Source: Promethearchaeota archaeon Loki_b32 (lineage in GTDB: Archaea > Asgardarchaeota > Lokiarchaeia > Sigyniarchaeales > SOKP01). From it: a stretch of 15,672 nt of DNA. The DNA lies in the NCBI GenBank assembly GCA_005223125.1, contig NJBH01000057.1:1-15672 (forward strand), in the 5' to 3' direction. The notes below the pieces were generated by a model. The model was not told where the DNA came from and ran no database searches. It worked only from the letters and a program-made list of their open reading frames with translations. Positions 1 to 7,878 of the stretch are shown here, piece after piece (the stretch's first letter is position 1; each line of letters begins with the position of its first letter). The position numbers and the translations under genes are program-made.

Positions 1-654
1 GATTCAAAATCAACTTTTTTAACAGTGAAAAATAACCCACCTGAAATCCACAGTTATGAAATTAATGGATTATCTATGACTCAAGGTATTTCTATATTTT
101 ATGGTAGAAATTTGGTATTTTCATTTAATGTATCTGATACTGAAGGTGTATCATATGTTAAGATTGCTCTTTTAAATGAAAATAATGAGTGGTTTAACAT
201 TACAAGAGATTATAAAGGAACCAATACAGAAATTACAATCAGGACTGTCGATTTAACAGGTGGGATTTGGTATGTATACGTTTATGTTATAGATACCGAT
301 GGGACAGTCACAAGTCTTATTGACGATTATGATATGGCTCCTCAGGGGATAAGAATTATTCCAGATGTTTTAAGCAGTTACCTACCATGGATTGTATTTT
401 TTGTTGGGCTTATTATTGGGGTTCTTGCTGGTATCGGTGTAATCTATAAGTACTTCAAATCAAAATTTGGTGAATCTCAAGCAGTTTCTCCTAAAAAGAG
501 AGAAACCACCTCTAAGAAACAAATGCCCAAGAAAAAAGTAAAACCTAAAATTGTTGAAGAGGACTTCAAGGAAAAAGATAGTAAAGAATCAATACCTGAG
601 AAAGAAGAGTTAAAAGAGGGCGTTCCTAAAAGAAAAATAAAAAGAAAATTATAA
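1..654 (+). CDS. C-terminal part of a single-pass (type I-like) membrane/surface protein, 5'-truncated by the window
   Basis: Frame 1 is open from base 1 (DSKSTFLTVKNNPP...), so the GTG at 25 is probably internal. A beta-rich region is followed by one hydrophobic helix (YLPWIVFFVGLIIGVLAGIGVIY) and a Lys/Glu-rich tail ending KRKIKRKL; stop TAA at 652-654. Confidence 0.8.
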   Translation, partial: DSKSTFLTVKNNPPEIHSYEINGLSMTQGISIFYGRNLVFSFNVSDTEGVSYVKIALLNENNEWFNITRDYKGTNTEITIRTVDLTGGIWYVYVYVIDTDGTVTSLIDDYDMAPQGIRIIPDVLSSYLPWIVFFVGLIIGVLAGIGVIYKYFKSKFGESQAVSPKKRETTSKKQMPKKKVKPKIVEEDFKEKDSKESIPEKEELKEGVPKRKIKRKL

Positions 655-703
655 ATAATAATAAATAGTTCTAATTTATTTTTTTGAGATTTTTACTTTA
701 TAT

Positions 704-1615
704 TTAGCTTAAAATTTCATGAAGTTTATACTGAAATTTTCCAAGGTTTCCTCCATAATTACCAGCAGATATACGATTTATCCCCGGAACTTTAACTGCT
801 GCTTCAATTCCCAATTTCATAGCTTTTTTAATCACTTCTTCAGTAGCTCCATCAAAAATAATTTCATAGACACAATTATCTCCTTCTCTTAATTGAGAAT
901 TTTCTATTTTTTCTCTCAATGAAGGACACAAAGGCTCATTAGTAGAAGCATTTAAGAAGCTATATTTTGAACCGACTTTCGAGCCAGAACGTACAATCCC
1001 TCCTGGAAATGGAGTAATTACATTATGAACATCTTTTACAGCATCAATTGCTTTTTCTGCTGCTTCTAAAGAAGAATCTTGGTCTTTTCCAATTATTAAA
1101 AAGTTTCCACCAGCAATACCCTTCCCAACTTTAGCTATACTTTGAACGATAAATTCTCCTTCCATAACAGGAATTTTCCATGCCTCAAAGGGAAATTTTT
1201 CTTCAATTTTTTCTTGAAATCCATCACCAAAAAATTTAAGATTTGCTCCTAATTTTATTTCAAATTCCTTTGTGGGATCTAAAGATACATTTAAGGCATC
1301 AAAACAAGCAGTTGTAGGGCAAGTAAATACACACTGGCCAATCCGATTCATTACTACCCTACTCATTTCTTCCTTTTTATTTTTAAAGAACATTAACATT
1401 ACCCCTGGACGATTGTCAGGTGTTTGGTCGGGTGGAATAAATATATCTATTCCTGCTTCAGCATCACAATGAATAGTCGAAGTACCATAACCCGTTGTAA
1501 TTTGAGCCGCTGTTTTAACCCACTTTTCATTTTTTGCTGTCACTAAAATTCTGCTAAAAACTGATCCAAATGCTTCACAAAAAGTATCTTCAATTTCTAC
1601 ACCATTTATCTCCAT
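704..1615 (-). CDS. ftr: Formylmethanofuran--tetrahydromethanopterin N-formyltransferase
   Basis: Family-typical N-terminus MEINGVEIEDTFCEAF and motifs CDAEAGID, TPDNRPG, RIGQCVFTCPTTA, FFGDGF, GIAGGNF, PFPGGIVRSGSKVGSKY, ISAGNYGGNLG. Confidence 0.97.
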   Translation of the reverse strand: MEINGVEIEDTFCEAFGSVFSRILVTAKNEKWVKTAAQITTGYGTSTIHCDAEAGIDIFIPPDQTPDNRPGVMLMFFKNKKEEMSRVVMNRIGQCVFTCPTTACFDALNVSLDPTKEFEIKLGANLKFFGDGFQEKIEEKFPFEAWKIPVMEGEFIVQSIAKVGKGIAGGNFLIIGKDQDSSLEAAEKAIDAVKDVHNVITPFPGGIVRSGSKVGSKYSFLNASTNEPLCPSLREKIENSQLREGDNCVYEIIFDGATEEVIKKAMKLGIEAAVKVPGINRISAGNYGGNLGKFQYKLHEILS

Positions 1616-1625
1616 CTTAAATAAA

Positions 1626-1632
1626 ACTCCTT
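1626..1632 (-). promoter_or_regulatory. Shine-Dalgarno-like site for ftr
   Basis: AAGGAGT on the minus strand, 10 nt upstream of the ATG at 1615. Confidence 0.6.
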
Positions 1633-1687
1633 TTAATTATGTTATTGTTTAATAATTTTATTAATTTGTATTATCTAATAGCATTCT

Positions 1688-1746
1688 ATTTTATATAAAA
1701 TTTTAAAAAAAAAATAAAAACATTGTAAAATTGTAAGGTTATATAA
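1688..1746. promoter_or_regulatory. Candidate TATA boxes in the ftr/mtd divergent region
   Basis: Perfect palindrome ATTTTATATAAAAT at 1688-1701 (readable as TATA on both strands). TTATATAA at 1739-1746 lies about 25 nt before the mtd ATG, compatible with a leaderless transcript. The AT-rich background limits specificity. Confidence 0.45.
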
Positions 1747-1770
1747 TTCTAATTTTAAAATTTAAAAAAG

Positions 1771-2625
1771 ATGTTGAATATGAATGAAGAAAGTAAAATA
1801 CTTAAAATCGGAATGCTTAAGAATGGGACTATTGGCTCATCTTTATTACTTGCATTTTTAATTGATGAGAGAGCAGAAGCTACAAGAGTTAATGTAAGAG
1901 AAGTGACTTCTGGTGCCAAAATGCATCCTGCAGACCATTGTTTAGAAACAATGAAAAAATTACTTGAATTTGAACCAGACTTAATTGTAATGTCCAGTCC
2001 TAATGCTGCTTTACCTGGACCTAAAGCAACAAGAGAACTGACTGGTAATATTCCTACTATTGTAATATCAGATGCTCCAGCTAAAAAAGCAATAGATGAA
2101 ATTAAAGCAAAAGGTATGGGATACATTTTAGTGAATTGTGATAGTATGATTGGAGCACGTAGACCATTTCTTGACCCCGTTGAAATGAGTATCTTTAACT
2201 CAGATTTGTTAAAAGTTCTTGCTATTACCGGAGCACTCCAAATCATTGCTGAAGAATTAAATAAAGTTATTATGGATATGCTTGAAGGAAAATCACCCGT
2301 TTTACCACAAATTATCATTGATGCAAATATCGCCACTGAAGCAGCCAAATTCTCTAATCCTTATGCTAGAGCAAAAGCTATAGCAGCTTTTGAATTAGCA
2401 GCATCAGTATCGAAGGTTACAGCAAAAGCATGTTTCCAGCTAAAAGAAAGATCTGAGTATATGCCGTTATTAGCAGCCGCTCATGAAATGATGAGGACTG
2501 CCGCTTTATTGTGCGATGAAGCAAGGGAAATTGAAAAATCTAATGATACAGTTATTAGAAGACCACACCATGCTAAAAAACAAAGATTTTTATCAAAGAT
2601 TGGGTTATATGATAAAGAACAATAA
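1771..2625 (+). CDS. mtd: F420-dependent methylene-tetrahydromethanopterin dehydrogenase
   Basis: Motifs DERA, SGAKM, SPNAALPGP, DSMIGARR-FLDPVEM, FNSDLLKVLA, FSNPYARAKA, AAHEMMR, EAREIEKSND-V-R-PH. The start could be 1771 or 1780. Confidence 0.95.
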   Translation: MLNMNEESKILKIGMLKNGTIGSSLLLAFLIDERAEATRVNVREVTSGAKMHPADHCLETMKKLLEFEPDLIVMSSPNAALPGPKATRELTGNIPTIVISDAPAKKAIDEIKAKGMGYILVNCDSMIGARRPFLDPVEMSIFNSDLLKVLAITGALQIIAEELNKVIMDMLEGKSPVLPQIIIDANIATEAAKFSNPYARAKAIAAFELAASVSKVTAKACFQLKERSEYMPLLAAAHEMMRTAALLCDEAREIEKSNDTVIRRPHHAKKQRFLSKIGLYDKEQ

Positions 2626-2684
2626 CAAAATCTGAACTAATAAAAATTCCTTAAAATCTAATTTTTTCTTTTAAATTTTTGAAT

Positions 2685-3641
2685 TTAGTATTCAGAAGAT
2701 TTCAGATATAGTTTTAAATTTTTAAATGTATCACCAGTTAATGCATTCATAACACTTGAAAAAACTTCAGGGCTCTTATTCCTTGTTACTGCCATTAAAA
2801 CAGCTCCATTACTAACTTCTTTTACTAAAATCCAACAATTTTCCGATTCATAGATGATAGTTGACAATGATAAAGGAGAAAGGTTTGAAACACTTTGAAG
2901 TTCCATAATCTGTTGATAAATACTATAAATATTAGAATCTAAAGTCCCAATTTCAAATCTCATAAATTGTAATGGTTTTGATTCAAATTTACCGAATGTA
3001 GAAGAAATTAACAATCCATCGGGTTGATTAAACAAAAGATACTCTGATAAAGTATTGATTTTCAACTCATCTAATAAGTGGCGTATTTTTCCTAGACGTT
3101 GCAAAGATAATGTATTCTTTTGGATCTCATAATCTAGGATTTCAATTAATCTATGCTGAGCACTGCCTTCTTTAACAGACACCGGAGTAAATGCTATTCT
3201 TTCCATCATGCCATTGTTTAAATCCTTTGTTAGGATTTGATAGTAATCATCTTCCTTTGATTCTTGTAAATCAATTTTATTTAATAAAACATAGATTGTA
3301 TCGATTTTAGGAGAAAATTCCAATACATATTTCAAGAATTTTTCAAAAATATCACGTACTTCAAGGTCTACAGCAGCAGAATCAACCATAAAAACAGCGG
3401 TTGCAGCTTCTGAGAATATAAGCTCACGTTGGGATTCTGAGAAGTATCTCTCAAGGTAGCGCTCTTGACCCCCTAGATCCCAAACATTCAGTTCCATAAT
3501 ACCTCGAAAAATAAAGTTTTCTCTTGAAACACCTTTAGTTGGTTTCAAGTTTAACACTTTCATGAAATTGTATCCCAAGCATGTCGTCCTCATAAGTGAG
3601 GTCTTTCCAGCATTTTGAGGTCCAAAAAGTATGATCTTCAT
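2685..3641 (-). CDS. RagA/Gtr1-like small GTPase with C-terminal roadblock/longin-like domain
   Basis: G1 GPQNAGKTS, G2 PT, G3 WDLGGQ followed by Rag-like ERYLERYFSESQRELIF, G4 NKID, G5-like SVK. The ~140-aa C-terminus contains YLLFNQPDGLLISST and alternating helices and strands, as in roadblock domains. Confidence 0.85.
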   Translation of the reverse strand: MKIILFGPQNAGKTSLMRTTCLGYNFMKVLNLKPTKGVSRENFIFRGIMELNVWDLGGQERYLERYFSESQRELIFSEAATAVFMVDSAAVDLEVRDIFEKFLKYVLEFSPKIDTIYVLLNKIDLQESKEDDYYQILTKDLNNGMMERIAFTPVSVKEGSAQHRLIEILDYEIQKNTLSLQRLGKIRHLLDELKINTLSEYLLFNQPDGLLISSTFGKFESKPLQFMRFEIGTLDSNIYSIYQQIMELQSVSNLSPLSLSTIIYESENCWILVKEVSNGAVLMAVTRNKSPEVFSSVMNALTGDTFKNLKLYLKSSEY

Positions 3642-3847
3642 TAAATGTAACTCGAATTTGATTTTATTTTTTCTTTATCTTCAATATATCTTTTATACTT
3701 TAATTTTTATTTAATTTTTTCTAATTATTAAAAGAAAGTTAAATATTATTATAAATTGATCTCTTGACGATTCAATTAAATATAATTTTTAATTACCTTA
3801 AATTATAAAAATCGATTTAAGAAATAAAGAGATGGAATGATTAAAAA

Positions 3848-4381
3848 ATGGAAAAATCACTTTTAAAACATATTAGAAATGTCCCAGATTGGCCAAAACC
3901 AGGAATCCAATTTAAAGATATTACTACTTTATGCAAAAATCATGCACCATTCAAAGAATCATGTGATAGAATTATTAATCATTATAAAGACAAAGGAATT
4001 ACTAAAGTAGTGGCTATTGAAGCTCGTGGATATGTATGGGGGGGTGTTTTAGCTTATCAATTAGGCACTGGATTTGTTTTAATAAGAAAACCAGGTAAGC
4101 TCCCATACAAAACTTTAAGTGAAACATATCAGCTTGAATATGGGACAGATAGTATAGAAATGCATATTGATGCTATCGAAGAAGGAGATAAAGTTTTGGT
4201 GTTTGATGATTTATTGGCAACCGGAGGAACTGCTAAAGCAGCATGTAATTTAGTAGAAAAAGCAGGTGGAGATATATTAGGTATAGCCTTTGTAATTGAA
4301 TTAACAGGAAGTTTACATGGTAGAGATAAATTAGTAGGTTATGATGTTTTTTCGCTAGTAGAAATACCAGTTGAAGAATAG
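3848..4381 (+). CDS. apt: Adenine phosphoribosyltransferase
   Basis: PDWPKPGIQFKDITTL, IEARG, RKPGKLP, YQLEYG and the PRPP-binding loop VLVFDDLLATGGT. Confidence 0.97.
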   Translation: MEKSLLKHIRNVPDWPKPGIQFKDITTLCKNHAPFKESCDRIINHYKDKGITKVVAIEARGYVWGGVLAYQLGTGFVLIRKPGKLPYKTLSETYQLEYGTDSIEMHIDAIEEGDKVLVFDDLLATGGTAKAACNLVEKAGGDILGIAFVIELTGSLHGRDKLVGYDVFSLVEIPVEE

Positions 4382-4432
4382 AATAATTTTAATGTAGTTC
4401 ATTTAAAAAGATATTAAATAAATATAATTTTT

Positions 4433-5431
4433 TTATGCTCTTTCTAATTCTGGTGGAATGTAGTTAAATGTATTGAAAAATCTTTTCCTTACTTTATTAA
4501 TATTGAATTTTTGTGTTTGAGCCCCACTTGTTTCCACTACAAATGACCCAATTATAGCTCCTAATCGGCATGAATCCAATAAAGTCATATCTAAAGTTAA
4601 TCCGGTTAATATTCCAGCACGATATCCATCACCAGCTCCAGTTGTATCAACAATTTTTGCAGGAGTTGCAATTGGGATCTTTATTTTAAAGATTTTATTG
4701 TTTTCGTTTTTATATATTAATATGGAACCTTCAGATCCTTTTGTAATTATAATTGCTTTAATATGTTCAAGAATATTCTCTTCAGTTAACCCGGATTTCT
4801 CTTTTATTTGCTTTATCTCATGGGCATTCCCAATTAATATTTCTGATTTTTTAATTATATTTATTAGGCTATCTTTCTGAAAAAGTGGGGTCACTTGACC
4901 AGGATCAAATATTGTTTTTATTCTTAAATCACTTAATTGAATAGCAAAATTAGTCATAGCTTCAACACTCTGGGTCGAATTTATAGCATAAATAAATTCT
5001 TCTGGATTTGAGACTTTTTCTTTTAATTGAATATCCTTGCACCTATCTAAAGCACCACCATGAAAAATGATCATTTGATTAGATTTAATGTCATTAACTA
5101 TATAACAAGCGGCAGTGAAAAGATCCTCATACACATCAACTCCTAAATCTACATTTTTAAATTGATTAATGTGATCCATATATCCTAATCTCTCGAAATC
5201 ATTCCCTACAGAACCTAATAAAGAAACTTTGGCAATACTTAAAAGTCCTAGATTGTAAGTAATATTACCAGCTGTTCCTCCAAAAAATTGATAACGACTG
5301 TCTGCGGTAACAGTGCTTTGATATTCTTCCTTATCATGATTGATGGATACAGCATTAAGAAAACTTTCTTTAAAACCCATTATATAATCAAAAGCTAATG
5401 ATCCAAGAACAAGAACTTTATTTTTTAGCAT
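4433..5431 (-). CDS. PfkB-family kinase, probable adenosine/nucleoside kinase
   Basis: GSLAFDYIM, GGTAGN, FDPGQ, TKGSEG and the PfkB signature DTTGAGDGYRAG. It lies between apt and the MTA phosphorylase. Confidence 0.85.
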   Translation of the reverse strand: MLKNKVLVLGSLAFDYIMGFKESFLNAVSINHDKEEYQSTVTADSRYQFFGGTAGNITYNLGLLSIAKVSLLGSVGNDFERLGYMDHINQFKNVDLGVDVYEDLFTAACYIVNDIKSNQMIIFHGGALDRCKDIQLKEKVSNPEEFIYAINSTQSVEAMTNFAIQLSDLRIKTIFDPGQVTPLFQKDSLINIIKKSEILIGNAHEIKQIKEKSGLTEENILEHIKAIIITKGSEGSILIYKNENNKIFKIKIPIATPAKIVDTTGAGDGYRAGILTGLTLDMTLLDSCRLGAIIGSFVVETSGAQTQKFNINKVRKRFFNTFNYIPPELERA

Positions 5432-5602
5432 GACACATTAAATTTAAATTTAAAAATATATTTTACAGTAATCAATATTGTGTTAAAACTTTATAGAATT
5501 TGGTAGTAGCGAGTATTTTTTTGAAAACTAATTTATAAAATTCTAAATTTTATATTTTAAACATTCTATAAATTTTACTATAAATTAGGTAGGAGATAAA
5601 CG

Positions 5603-6352
5603 TTGGTAAAAATAGGAATTATTGGAGGTTCGGGATTAGATAATCCGGACATTTTAAAGGATTCTAAAGACATTAACGTAGATACATCATATGGAAAACC
5701 TAGTTCTCCTTTAAAATTAGGGAAAATCCATGATGTAGATGTAGTTCTCATTGCCAGACATGGAAGAGAACATACTATACCACCAACCCAAGTAAATTTT
5801 AGGGCTAACATACAAGCGTTGAAAGATCAAGGTTGTTCCCATATCCTCGCAACAACCGCTTGCGGAAGTTTGAGAGAGAAGATAGATAGGGGTGATCTAG
5901 TTATTCTTGATCAATTTATAGACTTCACTAGACTCCGGAAAATATCTTTTTTTGAAGAGTTTGCTCCTGGAAATATGAAACATAAACCAATGGCCGAACC
6001 TTATTCAGAAGAGTTAAGAAAAATTCTTATTGAAACTGCTAAGGAACTGAATCTCAAATATCATGAAACAGGAACAGTTGTTACCATTGAAGGTCCAAGA
6101 TTTTCCACAAGAGCAGAATCAAATATGTTTCGGATATGGGGTGCTGATGTAATAAACATGAGTATTGCTCCTGAAACTATTTTAGCAAACGAAGCAGGTA
6201 TACCATATGCTGCTGTTGCTATGTCAACAGATTATGATTGCTGGAAACTTGATGAGGCTCCCGTGACTTGGGAAAAGATATTAGAAATTTTTGGTAAAAA
6301 TGTTAATAGTGTAATTGCTTTGTTAACTAATACTATAAAGAAAATGCAATAA
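5603..6352 (+). CDS. mtnP: S-methyl-5'-thioadenosine phosphorylase
   Basis: IGIIGGSG, RHGREH, TACGSL, DQFID, EGPRFSTRAES, GADVINM, TDYDCW (the DYD motif typical of amino-purine-specific MTAPs). TTG start preceded by AGGTAGGAG at 5587-5595. Confidence 0.95.
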   Translation: MVKIGIIGGSGLDNPDILKDSKDINVDTSYGKPSSPLKLGKIHDVDVVLIARHGREHTIPPTQVNFRANIQALKDQGCSHILATTACGSLREKIDRGDLVILDQFIDFTRLRKISFFEEFAPGNMKHKPMAEPYSEELRKILIETAKELNLKYHETGTVVTIEGPRFSTRAESNMFRIWGADVINMSIAPETILANEAGIPYAAVAMSTDYDCWKLDEAPVTWEKILEIFGKNVNSVIALLTNTIKKMQ

Positions 6353-6355
6353 CCA

Positions 6356-6386
6356 TTCTTTTTTTTAGCACTTCTTTTTTTTTTTA
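6356..6386 (+). terminator. Oligo-T archaeal-type terminator after mtnP
   Basis: Two tandem TTC(T)n tracts immediately after the TAA stop. Confidence 0.55.
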
Positions 6387-6546
6387 AAAAGGTCTTGGAT
6401 TTTAAGAAATACAAAATAATTTGTATGTATTTACAATTATTTCGAACTTTTTCTTTTTTAGATTTGATAAAATTATTATTTTTTTAATTGTTTTTACAAT
6501 GTAATAATTCTTTTAAAGCTAATAATTTTCTTAGAGACTTTTAAAA

Positions 6547-7854
6547 ATGACCACTATCTCGTTTCTTGGGGCATGTAGAGAGGTTGGACGTAGTGCAATC
6601 TTAATAGAATCTAAAAGTGGTGCCAAATGTATGTTAGATTATGGGATTCGATTTCACGGAGAAGATAGACTCCCATATAATACCAATTTAAAAAATCTAA
6701 AAGCTGTTGCTCTAACTCATTGTCATCTTGATCATTCTGGAGCCTTTCCTTTCCTATATAAGACTAAAAAAATTCCATTTTTCACAAATTCTATTTCTCT
6801 AGCAATAACTGAAGTTTTAATTAGAGATATGATAAAAATATCGAATTATTTACATCCATTTGGATATAGAGAATTAGATCTCTTAAAACAAAATTCATAT
6901 TTTCTAAACAATGGAACACGTCAAAAAATTCATGATAATTTTTTTATAACCTTTATTGATGCAGGACATATTCCTGGAAGTGTATCCATTTTGATTGAAG
7001 TAGATCATAAAAAGATATTATATTCAGGTGATATAAATACACAAATTACAAATTTAATAAATCCTGCAAGTTCTATTAATATCCCTGAGATAGATACTCT
7101 GATCATTGAATCTACCTATGCTCTTAAAGAACATCCTCCAAGAGAGCAGCTTGAAAAAGATTTTGCGGAGAAAATTATTGACATAACTGATAATGGTGGA
7201 AGAGTTTTAATTCCTGCTTTTGGTGTTGCACGATCTCAAGAAGCTTTGTTAATATTAGAGAAGTTTAACTACAGCGGGAAAATTTTTATTGATGGATTAG
7301 CACGAAAGGTATCTATGTTATATTTAGATTACCCTGATTTTATAAAAAATATTAAACTATTTAGGAAAGCTTTAAAGAAAGCACAATTTGTGTCGAGACC
7401 TAAAATGAGATCAAAGGTTAAAAATACTAATGGAGTTATTATATCTCCTTCTGGAATGCTTAAAGGAGGGACTGCAATTAATTATATCCAATCAATTTTG
7501 CATGATCCTTTTTCAGCAGTCTATTTAGTTGGATATCAAGTAGAAGGAACTCCAGGAAGAAAGTTATTAGATGATGGAATTTTTGAATTTAAAGAATCAA
7601 GAGGTCATAAAAATAATCATGTGGATTTAAAAATCAAAGCTAAGTGTGACTATAATTACTTCGATTTTTCAAGTCACTCTGATAATATTCACATCCATAA
7701 ATATATTAAAAATTTAAAATTCCAAAAAGATTCAAATCTTGATGTTTTTTGCATTCATGGAGACAACAAATCAACAACTCGCTTAGCAGGCGAGTTAGTC
7801 TATAAAGATTACAATTCCGTAGCTCCTGAAACGGGGGAAATATATCAAGTTTAA
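6547..7854 (+). CDS. Metallo-beta-lactamase/beta-CASP ribonuclease (aCPSF2-like, no N-terminal KH domains)
   Basis: FLGACREVGRS, LDYG, THCHLDH (HxHxDH), AGHIPGS, YSGD, ESTY, PAFGVARSQE, SGML, VGYQ, FSSHSD, IHGD. The 435-aa protein starts directly at the MBL domain. Confidence 0.9.
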   Translation: MTTISFLGACREVGRSAILIESKSGAKCMLDYGIRFHGEDRLPYNTNLKNLKAVALTHCHLDHSGAFPFLYKTKKIPFFTNSISLAITEVLIRDMIKISNYLHPFGYRELDLLKQNSYFLNNGTRQKIHDNFFITFIDAGHIPGSVSILIEVDHKKILYSGDINTQITNLINPASSINIPEIDTLIIESTYALKEHPPREQLEKDFAEKIIDITDNGGRVLIPAFGVARSQEALLILEKFNYSGKIFIDGLARKVSMLYLDYPDFIKNIKLFRKALKKAQFVSRPKMRSKVKNTNGVIISPSGMLKGGTAINYIQSILHDPFSAVYLVGYQVEGTPGRKLLDDGIFEFKESRGHKNNHVDLKIKAKCDYNYFDFSSHSDNIHIHKYIKNLKFQKDSNLDVFCIHGDNKSTTRLAGELVYKDYNSVAPETGEIYQV

Positions 7855-7878
7855 ATCAATACTATTAAATATGTTGAG

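Noticed and set aside
628-651. C-terminal KRKIKRKL as a eukaryotic dilysine or PTS1 sorting signal
   Set aside because: It does not match the KKxx/KxKxx or SKL-type consensus, and basic tails are common in AT-rich genomes.
1272-1472. 66-aa plus-strand ORF
   Set aside because: Antisense shadow inside ftr; no motifs.
1755-2348. 197-aa minus-strand ORF
   Set aside because: Antisense to the well-supported mtd; its Ser/Ile-rich composition is typical of a reverse-frame artefact.
4698-4880. 60-aa plus-strand ORF
   Set aside because: Antisense shadow of the PfkB kinase.
5438-5453. Palindrome TTAAATTTAAATTTAA
   Set aside because: Pure A/T low-complexity sequence, expected by chance here.
5578-5811. 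77-aa minus-strand ORF
   Set aside because: Antisense shadow of mtnP.
6232-6414. 60-aa minus-strand ORF
   Set aside because: Overlaps the mtnP 3' end and its poly-T terminator; the Lys runs derive from the T tracts.
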